Positions 9,969 to 20,898 are shown, numbered from the stretch's first letter. The stretch is 64,000 bases of DNA from Gammaproteobacteria bacterium (GCA_047620145.1 JBLHKO010000003.1:5436-69435), one strand, 5' to 3'. The notes: generated by a model from the sequence alone, not told the origin. Translations and numbers: made by a program.

Positions 9969-10953
9969 CACTTGGATTACTCTGCTCATGCCTGTCATAA
10001 GCATCCAGTATTTTGGCGACTAATGGATGTCTAACAACATCTCTGGAATTGAAAAAAGTAAAACTTATGTCATCTTCTTCCTTGAGGATGTCTATTACCT
10101 GACGCAAACCTGAATCCTTGCCTCGAGGCAGATCTATTTGTGTGATATCTCCGGTGATCACAGCCGTTGATCCAAAACCAATACGGGTGAGAAACATTTT
10201 CATTTGTTCAACTGTTGTATTTTGGGCTTCATCCAGAATTACAAAAGATTCATTTAACGTGCGACCACGCATGAAGGCCAGTGGTGCAACTTCGATCACA
10301 TTTCGTTCGATATATTTGGCAACTTGTTCAAAGCCAAGCATCTCGTATAAAGCGTCATAGAGGGGTCGTAGATAAGGGTCGACTTTCTGAATAAGATCAC
10401 CAGGGAGAAAGCCAAGATTTTCACCGGCTTCGACTGCAGGACGTACCAGCACAATTCGTCGTGCGCGATCCTGCTCCAAAGCAGCAATAGCACAGGCAAC
10501 GGCAAGGTAGGTTTTACCAGTGCCGGCTGGGCCGACACCAAAACTAATATCATTGTCGATAATATTATTTAAATAAGAGCGTTGATTTGGTGTTCTGCCT
10601 CTGATGATGCCACGTTTTGTTTTAATGCTTGTATCTGAATCTTCGTCATTATCTATTTCCTGATCAACGCCTACATCCTGTAAATGAAGATGTACTTTTT
10701 CAGGTGACAGTGTTTCCGTTGTGGTCATTTGATAAAGTGATTGCAAAACATGTTCAGCGATATCTACTGATTTGCTTGTGCCAATAATGCGAAAAGCATT
10801 GCCTCGGTTATTTATCTCAACACCCAGTCTTCTTTCAATATGCCGCAGATTTTTATCCAAAGGACCACAGAGATTGGCCAGTCGAAGATTATCTGCCGGC
10901 TCCAGATGAATATCTGTTGATATGGGATGTAAGCTATCGGGGGAAGCGTTCAA
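9958..10953 (-). CDS. ybeZ: PhoH-like ATPase YbeZ
   Basis: 331 aa. Walker A GPAGTGKTYLA and Walker B FVILDEAQN. Synteny between miaB and ybeY. TTG start. Confidence 0.9.
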   Translation of the reverse strand: MNASPDSLHPISTDIHLEPADNLRLANLCGPLDKNLRHIERRLGVEINNRGNAFRIIGTSKSVDIAEHVLQSLYQMTTTETLSPEKVHLHLQDVGVDQEIDNDEDSDTSIKTKRGIIRGRTPNQRSYLNNIIDNDISFGVGPAGTGKTYLAVACAIAALEQDRARRIVLVRPAVEAGENLGFLPGDLIQKVDPYLRPLYDALYEMLGFEQVAKYIERNVIEVAPLAFMRGRTLNESFVILDEAQNTTVEQMKMFLTRIGFGSTAVITGDITQIDLPRGKDSGLRQVIDILKEEDDISFTFFNSRDVVRHPLVAKILDAYDRHEQSNPSDEH

Positions 10954-10959
10954 GTAGTT

Positions 10960-12330
10960 TTAAATAGCTGATTGTTGAAGAACTTGTTCTGTCATAAGGG
11001 TAGGTGTTTGCTGTAATTCAGCGCGCAAGCAATTGGGTAATGCTTCAGTTATCAGTACGTCAGAAAATCCACCAATGAGTGATTCTGAACCAACAAAAAT
11101 GACAGTGCGATTATTTTCTGTTTTACCGCGTAGCTCGTTCGTATTCTTTTTAGAAATTCCCTCAACCAAAACCCGTTGTGTTTTGCCAACCATATTTCTA
11201 CTAATTTTCATGGCCATAGAATTTATCCTGGCTTGCAAGATGTTCAAACGTTGTTTTTTTGTTTCCGCCGGGACATCATCGTTGAAAGACGACGCAGGGG
11301 TGCCTGGACGTTTACTGTAGATAAAGCTGAACGAATGATCAAAGCCAATATCTGCGATTAAATTCATGGTGGCTTCAAAATCATCATCTGTTTCGCCAGG
11401 AAAGCCAATAATGAAATCTGAAGATAAACTAATATCAGGTCTGATTTTACGCAGTTTTCGTATTTTCGATTTATATTCCAGTGCAGTGTGACCTCGTTTC
11501 ATCAGAGAAAGTACACGATCAGATCCGCTTTGAACGGGTAAATGAAGATGGTTTACCAGTTCGGGTACTTTTGCGTAGGCTTCAATCAGTCTTTCCGAGA
11601 ATTCAACTGGATGAGATGTGGTATAGCGAATGCGTTCTATGCCTTCAATAGCTGCAACATATTCAATGAGCAGCGCAAGATCGGCAACTTCACCATTATG
11701 CATTTCACCGCGATAGGCATTGACATTCTGACCTAGTAAATTAATTTCCCTGACACCCTGAGCTGCAAGCTCGACAACCTCATTAATCACATCATCAAAG
11801 GTTCGACTAATTTCTTCACCACGTGTGTAAGGCACAACACAGAACGTACAATATTTACTACAGCCTTCCATGATTGAAACAAACGCGGTCGGACCTTCTG
11901 CACGGGCTTCTGGCAAATGGTCAAATTTTTCTATTTCAGGAAAGGAAATATCGATGACTGATTTTTTTGTTTTAGTTACATCATCGAGCATCTGTGGAAG
12001 ACGGTGTAAGGTCTGTGGACCAAAGACGATATCGACATAAGGCGCGCGTTCAAAAATAGTAGCGCCTTCCTGGCTTGCCACGCAGCCTCCAACACCAATC
12101 ACAAGATCGGGATTCACATCTTTGTATGGTCGCCAACGACCTAATTGAGAAAAAACTTTTTCCTGGGCTTTTTCACGGATTGAGCAGGTGTTGAGCAGAA
12201 AAATATCTGCCTCTTCAGGCTTATCGGTCTTGATGGCATTATGAGATTCTGCAAGTACGTCCAGCATTTTTGCTGAATCGTATTCGTTCATCTGACAACC
12301 CATGGTCTTGATAAATATTTTACGGCTCAT
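10960..12330 (-). CDS. miaB: tRNA-2-methylthio-N6-dimethylallyladenosine synthase
   Basis: 456 aa. N-terminal MTTase domain ([11 protein letters not shown]), radical-SAM cluster [11 protein letters not shown], and a C-terminal TRAM domain. Confidence 0.95.
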   Translation of the reverse strand: MSRKIFIKTMGCQMNEYDSAKMLDVLAESHNAIKTDKPEEADIFLLNTCSIREKAQEKVFSQLGRWRPYKDVNPDLVIGVGGCVASQEGATIFERAPYVDIVFGPQTLHRLPQMLDDVTKTKKSVIDISFPEIEKFDHLPEARAEGPTAFVSIMEGCSKYCTFCVVPYTRGEEISRTFDDVINEVVELAAQGVREINLLGQNVNAYRGEMHNGEVADLALLIEYVAAIEGIERIRYTTSHPVEFSERLIEAYAKVPELVNHLHLPVQSGSDRVLSLMKRGHTALEYKSKIRKLRKIRPDISLSSDFIIGFPGETDDDFEATMNLIADIGFDHSFSFIYSKRPGTPASSFNDDVPAETKKQRLNILQARINSMAMKISRNMVGKTQRVLVEGISKKNTNELRGKTENNRTVIFVGSESLIGGFSDVLITEALPNCLRAELQQTPTLMTEQVLQQSAI

Positions 12331-12693
12331 AATATATATGTCTTGTTCAAGCTAATCATTTCAAGTATTCGAGAAACCATTTTTTGAATACAAAGGGGAA
12401 GTTAAACTACACTGTCTCACACTGCTTTTCCAGCATAATTTTTGTTTAATTTACAGTCACTTGTAGGGTTTATAGGTTATTTTGAATGCATTTTTATGTC
12501 GTATTTGTCGATAGTTTGGAATTATCTAATATTTTCTGTTTTTTGAAGAATTTCCGAATCTAAATTTATCAAATCTGTGGCGAAATTATGATGAGATAAA
12601 TTGTCGATGTAAAATTACTGATTGGCAGTCGAAAATAAGTTGAAATCTAGTGTATTCTCACTCTGATTTTGACTGCAAATACAGGTAAGTGTC

Positions 12694-13521
12694 ATGGAAC
12701 AGGATATTCAGCAAATACAAAATATTGTAGACATCCTTAGCGAATTCGCTGTTAATTATGGATTCCAGGTCTTCGGTGCTATCGTCATTCTGTTAATTGG
12801 CTGGCAGGTATCCAGGTGGGTTTCAAAGGTAGTTTTAAATTTATGCGAACGTGCCAATCTTGATATCACGCTCGCGAAATTCTTTGCAGGGATTGCTAAA
12901 ACTCTAATTATTGTTTTTGTCGCAATTGTTGCTCTAGGGAAATTTGGTATAACAATAACACCTCTAGTTGCTGCTTTAGGTGCGGTGGCGTTTGGTAGCA
13001 CTCTTGCATTACAAGGACCACTTTCGAATTACGGTTCAGGTTTAACTATTATTCTTACCAGACCATTTATCGTTGGTGATACGATTAAAATTCAAAACGT
13101 TACAGGGATTGTCGAAGAGATTAAGCTGGCATATACCTGGTTAAGCACTGAAGACGGAGAACGAATTACCATTCCCAATAATCGAATCATTGGTGAAATT
13201 CTACACAACACTTATGACAATTTAATTGTGGAAGCATCAATAAGTATTTCATATGAGAGTAATACAGAAGAGGCGGTTGCCCTCATATTAAAAGTTCTCC
13301 GGGAATTCTCAGAGATTACCAAGGATCCAGAACCACAAGTTGGTATTGAACGATTTGCGGACTCCGCCATCGTGATTGGGATTCGTTACTGGGTCCCGAC
13401 AAAGCAGTACTATCAGATAATGTATCGTGTGAATCAGAAAATTTATTCAGCATTGCAGGATGCAAATATTATCATTCCATTTCCTCGGCAAGATATTCAT
13501 CTTGTTGATGATAAGAAATAA
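12694..13521 (+). CDS. small-conductance mechanosensitive channel (MscS family)
   Basis: 275 aa. Three N-terminal TM helices, then the MscS beta-domain (PFIVGDTIKIQNVTGIVEEI). Confidence 0.85.
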   Translation: MEQDIQQIQNIVDILSEFAVNYGFQVFGAIVILLIGWQVSRWVSKVVLNLCERANLDITLAKFFAGIAKTLIIVFVAIVALGKFGITITPLVAALGAVAFGSTLALQGPLSNYGSGLTIILTRPFIVGDTIKIQNVTGIVEEIKLAYTWLSTEDGERITIPNNRIIGEILHNTYDNLIVEASISISYESNTEEAVALILKVLREFSEITKDPEPQVGIERFADSAIVIGIRYWVPTKQYYQIMYRVNQKIYSALQDANIIIPFPRQDIHLVDDKK

Positions 13522-13560
13522 TATTAATATATAAACAATAGTTTTATAAGAGAGGTATCT

Positions 13561-13785
13561 ATGGGCGGTCATGATAATGATGAAGAAACTATAGCAAAGA
13601 CACTGTGGTCCGAGACTATAATTGACATGCTAATCGCAACGTTGAAAGGGAACAAATCTGATGCGCAAATTCAAGGGTTGCTTCGTGAGTGTAAGCAGAA
13701 AGGATTTAAAGCGAGCTATTTGACTGGTAAAGTTAGAAAAGAACTGGGCGAAGGCGCGGCCATAAGACTCAAAAAGTTGATGTAG
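13561..13785 (+). CDS. hypothetical small protein (74 aa)
   Basis: ORF preceded by GAGAGG 6 nt upstream of the ATG. I recognise no family. Confidence 0.4.
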   Translation: MGGHDNDEETIAKTLWSETIIDMLIATLKGNKSDAQIQGLLRECKQKGFKASYLTGKVRKELGEGAAIRLKKLM

Positions 13786-13891
13786 ATAGAAGCGATTAGA
13801 TTTTTAGATAAAAACAATTATCAACACTTAATCAGTCCTGCAGTTGAAGTGTCGATTATGAAGATTATTGATCAGTAAGTGCTGTAATAAA

Positions 13892-13968
13892 TGGTGGCTA
13901 TGGGTAGACTTGAACTACCGACCCCAGCGTTATGAGTGCTGTGCTCTAACCAGCTGAGCTACATAGCC
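13892..13968 (-). tRNA. tRNA-Met (CAT), elongator type
   Basis: The reverse complement reads GGCTATGTAGCTCAGCTGGTTAGAGCACAGCACTCATAACGCTGGGGTCGGTAGTTCAAGTCTACCCATAGCCACCA. It folds as a cloverleaf with anticodon loop CTCATAA. The body closely resembles E. coli metT-type tRNA, and CCA is encoded. Confidence 0.9.
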
Positions 13969-14008
13969 AAATTGCGAATTCCGCGTTCGTGATTTCAGGG
14001 GAAGCGGG

Positions 14009-14037
14009 ATTGTCCAGTTAGTTTAAATATTTGTCAA
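14009..14037 (-). promoter_or_regulatory. putative sigma-70 promoter for tRNA-Met
   Basis: On the minus strand: TTGACA, 17 nt, GACAAT, followed by the GC-rich discriminator CCCGCTTCCCC. It lies about 40 nt upstream of the tRNA 5' end. Pattern match only. Confidence 0.35.
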
Positions 14038-14044
14038 GAGGTCG

Positions 14045-14680
14045 CTATCGAGTGCCGAATACCACGATAGTCTTACCTGATGCTGTAATAAGATGATTCT
14101 CTTCCAGGCTTTTGAGTACACGCCCAACCATTTCTCTCGAACAGCCGACAATGCGGCCTAGTTCTTGACGCGTTATCTTGATTTGCATGCCGTCTGGATG
14201 TGTCATGGCATCAGGTTCTTTACACAGATCTAACAATGTTCTTGCGACGCGTCCCTGCACATCTGTAAAGGCCAGATCGCTGACTTTGCGGCTGGTTTTC
14301 CTTAATCTGATTGCAAGCTGCGAAGCAATATTAAACAATATTTCGGGGAAAATACTTTGCAGTGACTTCAGGCGCTCGTAGCTAACTTTTGCTATCTCAC
14401 ATTTTGTTTTGGCACGAACAAATGCACTGCGTTTATGTTGATCATCAAACAATCCAATTTCCCCAAAAAAATCTCCGGGATTGAGATAAGCCAGGACTAT
14501 TTCCTTGCCCTTAACATCTTCAACTATAACTGATACAGAACCATCGACGATGTAGTATAGATCATTGCTTGGGTCGCCTTCTTTTATAATGATACTTTTT
14601 GCCGCATATTCTTTTTGATGACAATTTTCAAGAAAGAGCTCCATTGTCTTGTCGACTTTTTGAAATTCATAATTAGTCAT
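14045..14680 (-). CDS. crp: cAMP receptor protein (CRP/Vfr family global regulator)
   Basis: Colinear with E. coli CRP: GDFFGEIGLF, RSAFVRAKT, PDAMTHPDGMQIKITRQELGRIVGCSREMVGRVLKSLEE and the ending GKTIVVFGTR. I moved the start to the ATG behind GGGGAAAG. Confidence 0.92.
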   Translation of the reverse strand: MTNYEFQKVDKTMELFLENCHQKEYAAKSIIIKEGDPSNDLYYIVDGSVSVIVEDVKGKEIVLAYLNPGDFFGEIGLFDDQHKRSAFVRAKTKCEIAKVSYERLKSLQSIFPEILFNIASQLAIRLRKTSRKVSDLAFTDVQGRVARTLLDLCKEPDAMTHPDGMQIKITRQELGRIVGCSREMVGRVLKSLEENHLITASGKTIVVFGTR

Positions 14681-14794
14681 AAATACTTTCCCCAATGTAT
14701 TTAATATGGCCTGAAAGCGATCACCAAAAATGCTCCTGATGAATAGTGAACTATGTTACTCTTTTTCCAGAAAATCAGCTAGTTGGAGAGGTCA

Positions 14795-15214
14795 ATGGAA
14801 ACACAATTAAAGTGGGCGGGTAATGCAGCATTTGTTGGCAGGGCATCAAGTGGGCACACAGTTATAATGGATGGACCTGCAGAAGGTGGTGGTCGGAATC
14901 TTGGCCCCCGACCAATGGAAATGCTTATTCTTGGCATGGGTGCTTGCAGTACTTATGATGTAGTTTCTATTTTACAGAAATCACGCCAGAAAATCACGGA
15001 TTGTGAACTCAAGATTACTTCGCAACGTGCTGAGAGCGATCCCAAAGTATTTACAGAGATTCAGATGCATTTTATTGTGAGTGGTAGCGATCTTAAGGAG
15101 AAGCAGGTTGAACGGGCCATAAAGCTTTCGGCTGAGAAGTATTGTTCCGCATCGATCATGTTAGGAGCGACTGCAAATATAACGCACGATTTTGAAATTA
15201 TCAGTGTTGATTAG
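14795..15214 (+). CDS. OsmC family protein (YhfA-like)
   Basis: About 139 aa of the OsmC/Ohr fold. It is divergent from crp, exactly as yhfA is in E. coli. Confidence 0.8.
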   Translation: METQLKWAGNAAFVGRASSGHTVIMDGPAEGGGRNLGPRPMEMLILGMGACSTYDVVSILQKSRQKITDCELKITSQRAESDPKVFTEIQMHFIVSGSDLKEKQVERAIKLSAEKYCSASIMLGATANITHDFEIISVD

Positions 15215-15230
15215 TGGTGTAGCCAGAAGT

Positions 15231-15917
15231 TTAACCGCCAGTGATCTCAGTCCAGTTTATAGCATTAATTTTTTCGCTAGTTTTTTTGTTAATCAGTTTA
15301 GAGGCTGGACCTGTCGCAATTTCACGTAGTAGCATCAGTTTGCTATTGGTATTGGTTTTCCGATAGATATGTTTTAAATGTGTACGCACTGTCGAGAGGG
15401 CAAGGTTCAGCGCATTGGCTGTGCTATTTAATTCTGGATATTGAATAAGTTTTATTACGATTTTGATTTCAGCAGGTGTTAGCTTGTATGTTCTTGCCAG
15501 CACTTTTTCTAGCGAAATATCTTTGATATTTATTTCGGTCTTTTTCGGTTTTTGGGTTATTGCGAATTCAATGGTTGTTTTAAGATCAGATTCTCTGAGT
15601 GGTTTGTTAATAAACCCCACAGGGTTGACTATCTTTGCCCTGCGCAGGGTTTCGCTATCCGAATGCGCGGTGACAAAGACGATGGGAACGTCCATATGCT
15701 TGCTGATTGTCAGAGCGGCATCAATACCATCTGCCCCTTCACCAAGTCTGATATCCATTAATACAAGGTCGGGTTCGACATCTCTGGCAATAGCAATTGC
15801 TTCTTTTGCTGAGGATGCTATTCCTGCAACTTTGTAACCAAAGCTATTGAGATGAAGTTGCATGATGGATGCTGTTGTCCGGTCATCGTCTACGATTAGA
15901 ATACTTTCTTTTGGCAT
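15231..15917 (-). CDS. response regulator, REC + LuxR/FixJ-type HTH
   Basis: 228 aa. Receiver domain (ILIVDDD, DLVLMDIRL) and a C-terminal HTH (LALSTVRTHLKHIYRK). There is no histidine kinase next to it. Confidence 0.85.
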   Translation of the reverse strand: MPKESILIVDDDRTTASIMQLHLNSFGYKVAGIASSAKEAIAIARDVEPDLVLMDIRLGEGADGIDAALTISKHMDVPIVFVTAHSDSETLRRAKIVNPVGFINKPLRESDLKTTIEFAITQKPKKTEINIKDISLEKVLARTYKLTPAEIKIVIKLIQYPELNSTANALNLALSTVRTHLKHIYRKTNTNSKLMLLREIATGPASKLINKKTSEKINAINWTEITGG

Positions 15918-16049
15918 TTGTTCCTACTTAATCGCAATTTGGAATGTATCTACATTCTACTACACAGGGTTAGATGAATGTGATTCAGCTACCCCATTTG
16001 GGGTAGAGCATAGTTGGTAATGTTTAGATATCAGATTCAAGACATCCAG

Positions 16050-16322
16050 TTATATTTTACTTGGATTCTCTGCGCGTTGAATATAAAACTTAAAAAGATT
16101 TGACTCTTCTTCTATCTGTAGCAGATTGTGATTTGTCCTTGCACAATATGCTTCAAAATCAATCACTGAGTGTGGGTCAGTCGCTTCGACATAAAGTATT
16201 TCACCAGCCTGCATCTTATTCAGAAGCACCTTGGTCTTTAATATAGGCAGGGGGCAATTCAGGCCTTTGGCGTCTAATGTTTGATCTTCCTTAATGGTCA
16301 TTACCGGGTTGTTGTCATTCAT
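16050..16322 (-). CDS. TusA/SirA-like sulfur-carrier protein
   Basis: 90 aa with the GLNCPLPILKTK (CPxP) active-site motif. Confidence 0.8.
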   Translation of the reverse strand: MNDNNPVMTIKEDQTLDAKGLNCPLPILKTKVLLNKMQAGEILYVEATDPHSVIDFEAYCARTNHNLLQIEEESNLFKFYIQRAENPSKI

Positions 16323-16398
16323 AATAATCTATTGTTATTCAAGCGATAGTCCTAGTGTACTGCGCGATTAAGAATATTACTGCCTCTGTAATATAGTT

Positions 16399-16415
16399 AT
16401 GTTATATTATAACAT
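16399..16415. promoter_or_regulatory. putative Zur box
   Basis: Perfect palindrome ATGTTATA-T-TATAACAT, 37 nt upstream of the zur start. It matches the core of the gammaproteobacterial Zur operator (..TGTTATAWTATAACA..). Confidence 0.6.
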
Positions 16416-16451
16416 TATTAATGAGTAAGTAATATTACATATCGAGGCAAG

Positions 16452-16964
16452 ATGCGCAAAACGAACGTTATTACTCCTTTTCAAAAATCAGCTCATGTAC
16501 ATCAGAAATGCACCGATTCAGCATTATCAGTTGCGGAAGATACGTGTACTTCGCGAGGTGTGCGTCTAACGAAACTGCGTCGAAGGGTATTGGAATTGGT
16601 GTGGAATAGCCATGAGCCAGTGAAAGCTTACGATTTATTAGACATTCTGCGTGATGAGCATAGCGGTTCTGCACCACCAACGGTGTATCGGGCGCTTGAT
16701 TTCTTGCAGGTGCAAGGCATGGTTCACAAGATCGAGTCGCTCAATGCTTATATTGGTTGTGGTGCATCGGATCAGAATCATGCCAGTCAATTTCTGATAT
16801 GTCATTCATGTGGGACAGCTGCTGAAATGGATGATACTGATATTCGAAATTTAATTGCTGACAAAGCAGCTGGCCTGGGTTTTAAAATTGATAAAGAAAT
16901 AATTGAAGTAAAAGGAATTTGCTCCCAATGCAGTGATAAAGTTTCAAGTGACAAAAGCTGTTGA
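16452..16964 (+). CDS. zur: zinc uptake regulator (Fur family)
   Basis: 170 aa. Fur-family winged helix plus CxxC pairs (CHSCG, CSQC). It is directly followed by znuACB. Confidence 0.85.
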   Translation: MRKTNVITPFQKSAHVHQKCTDSALSVAEDTCTSRGVRLTKLRRRVLELVWNSHEPVKAYDLLDILRDEHSGSAPPTVYRALDFLQVQGMVHKIESLNAYIGCGASDQNHASQFLICHSCGTAAEMDDTDIRNLIADKAAGLGFKIDKEIIEVKGICSQCSDKVSSDKSC

Positions 16965-16974
16965 GTATCCTGCA

Positions 16975-17850
16975 ATGATTAGAATATTGTTTTATATATT
17001 ATTATTTGGATATCAGACGTTGCAGTTATGTTATGCAAATACATCTGATGCAAAAAATGTGTTTGTCAGCATTATTCCGCAGAAATTTTTTGTCGAGAGA
17101 ATTGGAGGTAGACATGTGAATGTTTCAGTGATGGTTGGCACTGGACAGAGTCCTGAGACGTATGAACCATCTCCCAGTCAAATGGCACTATTAAGTGAAT
17201 CGCAATTATATTTTCGGATAAGCGTTCCATTTGAAAATATATGGATCGATGTCATTAAAGAATTAAATACGAATCTAAAATTAATTGAATGTTGTGCAGA
17301 ATTAGTAAATATAATTTCTGAAGGTCATCATCATGATGTAGATCACCATATTGGAAAAGAAAATGAGAAAGATCCACATGTCTGGACGAGTCCTGAAAAT
17401 GCGAAAATTATTGCCTTAATAATTAAAAATGCATTAGTTGCCAGTATGCCTCGTTATAAGTCAGAGTTTGAAGATAATTACATTAGATTAATTAAGGATT
17501 TGAATAAACTCGATAAGGATATTAAATCACGCTTGGGGCAATTAAATAATCGCTATATGATAGTTACCCATCCTTCATGGGGATATTTCGCTGAAGCGTA
17601 TAACTTAACTCAACTACCCATTGAGCTGGACGGTAAAGAGGTGCGTGCAAAATCTTTAGCTAAACTCATTGAGTTTGCGCGGTCAAAAAATATTAATAGG
17701 ATATTCACACAAAAACAATTTAATGATAATGCTGCAAAAATTATTGCAAGAGAAATTAATGCAAAACTGATTGAACTAAACCCATTAGCTGAAGATTACA
17801 TTACCAATCTTTATTATGTCACTGATGCTATTGTGGGAAGTGAGAATTAA
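16975..17850 (+). CDS. znuA: zinc ABC transporter substrate-binding protein
   Basis: Cluster-9 SBP with the His/acidic loop EGHHHDVDHHIGKENEKDPHVW. The start is uncertain: GTG at 16933 overlaps zur, and I chose the ATG at 16975 (MIRILFYILLF signal). Confidence 0.85.
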   Translation: MIRILFYILLFGYQTLQLCYANTSDAKNVFVSIIPQKFFVERIGGRHVNVSVMVGTGQSPETYEPSPSQMALLSESQLYFRISVPFENIWIDVIKELNTNLKLIECCAELVNIISEGHHHDVDHHIGKENEKDPHVWTSPENAKIIALIIKNALVASMPRYKSEFEDNYIRLIKDLNKLDKDIKSRLGQLNNRYMIVTHPSWGYFAEAYNLTQLPIELDGKEVRAKSLAKLIEFARSKNINRIFTQKQFNDNAAKIIAREINAKLIELNPLAEDYITNLYYVTDAIVGSEN

Positions 17851-17852
17851 GT

Positions 17853-18578
17853 ATGGATACCATTATTAATATTGATAATGTCAGTTTTTCATATAGTCAT
17901 ATTCCTGTTGTGCGCGATATTAACCTTGCCGTTGGTGAAGGTGAATTTCTGGGTGTGATTGGTCCAAATGCCGGTGGCAAAAGTACGCTGCTTAAATTAA
18001 TACTTGGTTTGCTGCAACCCGATGCTGGAGAGATAAGCGTGTTCGGAGATAGGCCTGATAAAGGCCGTTCACGTATAGGATATGTACCTCAACATCCTGC
18101 ATTTTCGAGAGATTTCCCGATTAACGTTCGTGATACAGTCCTTATGGGGCGACTTGGTGAGACGCGTTGGTACGGAGGTTACACGCAAGAGGATCAGGAA
18201 ATAGCAATCAATGCGCTTAATGCGGTTGAGATCGACAATATCAGTAATCAAACAATTGATTCACTTTCAGGCGGACAGTTACAGCGTGTACTGATTGCCA
18301 GAGCCCTTACGTCCAGACCGGATATTTTGATCCTTGATGAACCTACTGCAAATGTAGATATGCGTGCAGAAGAGGATATTTTTGGATTGCTGAAACAATA
18401 CAATGATCACATGACAATTATTGTTGTCTCTCATGACATAGGATTTATTTCAGCTTATGTCGATCGGGTAGCGTGTCTAAATCAGACCATGCTATGTCAT
18501 ACCACTAGCGAAATTAGTGGTAAAACAATTGAAGAATTATATGGCGTCCCCGTAAAGATGATTCACCATGCACATTAA
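17853..18578 (+). CDS. znuC: zinc ABC transporter ATP-binding protein
   Basis: Walker A GPNAGGKST, signature LSGGQLQR, Walker B ILILDEP. Confidence 0.9.
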   Translation: MDTIINIDNVSFSYSHIPVVRDINLAVGEGEFLGVIGPNAGGKSTLLKLILGLLQPDAGEISVFGDRPDKGRSRIGYVPQHPAFSRDFPINVRDTVLMGRLGETRWYGGYTQEDQEIAINALNAVEIDNISNQTIDSLSGGQLQRVLIARALTSRPDILILDEPTANVDMRAEEDIFGLLKQYNDHMTIIVVSHDIGFISAYVDRVACLNQTMLCHTTSEISGKTIEELYGVPVKMIHHAH

Positions 18579-18593
18579 TGAAAGCAGAATTTT

Positions 18594-19436
18594 ATGACTG
18601 AATTATTGTCAGCGTTAATGGATTACAGTTTTTTGCAGCATGCTTTAATTGCCTGCATATTAGCAAGTATTGGTTGTGGAGTCATCGGTACTTATGTCGT
18701 GGTTAAAAGAATTGGTTTTCTTGCCGGCGGCATTGCTCATACTGTTTTAGCGGGCATGGGCATAGCTTATTTCATGGGGAGTTCGCCTCTAGTTGGTGCA
18801 GTCATCGCCGCATTGTTTGCGGCCGTGTCTATGAGTTTTATCAAGTTACGTTGGAAACAGCAGGAAGATATTCTTGTAGCTGGATTCTGGTCGGTAGGGA
18901 TGGCGATAGGAATTCTGTTTATATCAAGGACACCAGGATATAGCGTTGACGTGATGAGTTTTCTATTCGGAAATATATTACTGGTATCGAAATCAGATTT
19001 AATGTTGATGGCGATCCTAGATATTATTATTGTTGGCATCGTTTTCTTGTTCTACAAACAGTTTATGGCAGCAGTCTTTGATGAAGAGTTCGCGCGTCTT
19101 CGCGGTATAAAAATTGAAATCTATTACACGGTTCTGATGTGTATGGTGGCCTTAACTGTAGTTCTACTAATTCAGATTGTCGGACTTATATTGGTGATAG
19201 CATTATTAATATTTCCGGCAGCCTGCGCAGCCCAGTTTTTTCATTCGATTTTCAAAATGATGTTGGCTGCAACAGCGATATGTATGCTTATGACAATAAG
19301 CGGTTTAACGATTGCTTATCAGCCAGATTTACCAGCAGGTGCAACGATCATTGTTGTTGCTGGCGTGTTCTATGCAATCTCTATTGTTTGCAGCAGTTTG
19401 CTGAGGCAACGACAAAAGAGGTCGGCCTCAAACTAG
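18594..19436 (+). CDS. znuB: zinc ABC transporter permease
   Basis: 280 aa ABC-3 family polytopic permease. Operon context. Confidence 0.9.
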   Translation: MTELLSALMDYSFLQHALIACILASIGCGVIGTYVVVKRIGFLAGGIAHTVLAGMGIAYFMGSSPLVGAVIAALFAAVSMSFIKLRWKQQEDILVAGFWSVGMAIGILFISRTPGYSVDVMSFLFGNILLVSKSDLMLMAILDIIIVGIVFLFYKQFMAAVFDEEFARLRGIKIEIYYTVLMCMVALTVVLLIQIVGLILVIALLIFPAACAAQFFHSIFKMMLAATAICMLMTISGLTIAYQPDLPAGATIIVVAGVFYAISIVCSSLLRQRQKRSASN

Positions 19437-20485
19437 CTCCTACGTTTTTGCACGGCCTTTGCAAGTTGGTCAATCAGGATTTCTGTGTCTTCCCAACCTA
19501 GACAGGCATCAGTAATACTTTGACCATAAGTAAGTTCCTGGCCTTCGATAATATCCTGACGACCGGCGATCAAGTGACTCTCTATCATGATGCCAAAGAT
19601 ACGATTTTCTCCAGTTGCCAGTTGATTGCACACATCTGTACTGACATCCATTTGTTTTTCATGCTGTTTACTACTGTTGGCATGACTAAAATCAACCATA
19701 ATCTTGGCAGGTAGGCCGGCTTTCTCCAGTTCTGCAGATACCTTATTAATATTTTCTGCGTCGTAATTAGGCTCTTTGCCACCACGAAGAATAATATGAC
19801 AGTCTGGATTACCAGTCGTTGAGAATATCCCTGAGTTACCTTCTTTACGTAAAGACAGAAAATGATGGGGACGTACTGCAGCACCTACCGCATCAACAGC
19901 GACTTTTGTTGTTCCATCAGTGCCGTTTTTAAACCCAACAGGACACGAAAGACCCGAAGCCAGTTCTCGATGAACCTGACTTTCGGTAGTACGCGCACCA
20001 ATAGCACCCCAACTGATTAAATCAGTGACGTATTGTGGCGTGATTAAATCAAGGTATTCTGTTCCAGCAGCAACACCAAATTCATTGAGGTCACGTAAAA
20101 GACTTCGTGCCAGTCGCAAACCTTGATTGATCTCAAAACTTCCATCCAGATTAGGATCATTAATCAAGCCCTTCCAGCCGACGGTTGTTCTTGGTTTTTC
20201 AAAATAAACACGCATGATTATCAGAAGGTTATCGGAATATTTATCAATCAAGGGTTTTAATCTTGCGGCATATTCTTTAGCTGATTTTATGTCGTGGATA
20301 GAACAAGGTCCGGTGATTACGACAAGACGATCATCCTTCCCAGATAAAATATTATGGATTGCTTGTCGTGTATCATAGGTTGTTTTTGCAGCTTGCTCGG
20401 TGACGGGAATTTCTTCACAGAGCACCGCGGGTGGTGTTACCGTTTTTATTTCGTTGATTCGAAGATCGTCTGTTTGATGTTTCAT
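19433..20485 (-). CDS. aroG: 3-deoxy-7-phosphoheptulonate (DAHP) synthase, class I
   Basis: 350 aa, colinear with E. coli AroG/F/H (DDLRINEIK, GPCSIHD, FEKPRTTVGWKGLINDP, IDFSHANS). Which amino acid feedback-inhibits this isozyme cannot be read from the sequence, so the symbol is nominal. Confidence 0.9.
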   Translation of the reverse strand: MKHQTDDLRINEIKTVTPPAVLCEEIPVTEQAAKTTYDTRQAIHNILSGKDDRLVVITGPCSIHDIKSAKEYAARLKPLIDKYSDNLLIIMRVYFEKPRTTVGWKGLINDPNLDGSFEINQGLRLARSLLRDLNEFGVAAGTEYLDLITPQYVTDLISWGAIGARTTESQVHRELASGLSCPVGFKNGTDGTTKVAVDAVGAAVRPHHFLSLRKEGNSGIFSTTGNPDCHIILRGGKEPNYDAENINKVSAELEKAGLPAKIMVDFSHANSSKQHEKQMDVSTDVCNQLATGENRIFGIMIESHLIAGRQDIIEGQELTYGQSITDACLGWEDTEILIDQLAKAVQKRRS

Positions 20486-20544
20486 CGTGTTTTAACTTTT
20501 ATTTTTATTCCAGGAAATTAATTAATTTATCTAGTTGCTTTTTT

Positions 20545-20898
<354 letters not shown>

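Noticed and set aside
12331-12693. The 363-bp AT-rich divergent spacer between miaB and the MscS-family gene, examined for an sRNA, riboswitch or small ORF.
   Set aside because: It has only weak hairpins (for example GTATTC-N15-GAATAC) and scattered TGTCGAT-like words. There is no terminator-bounded unit, no conserved motif I recognise, and no ORF with an RBS.
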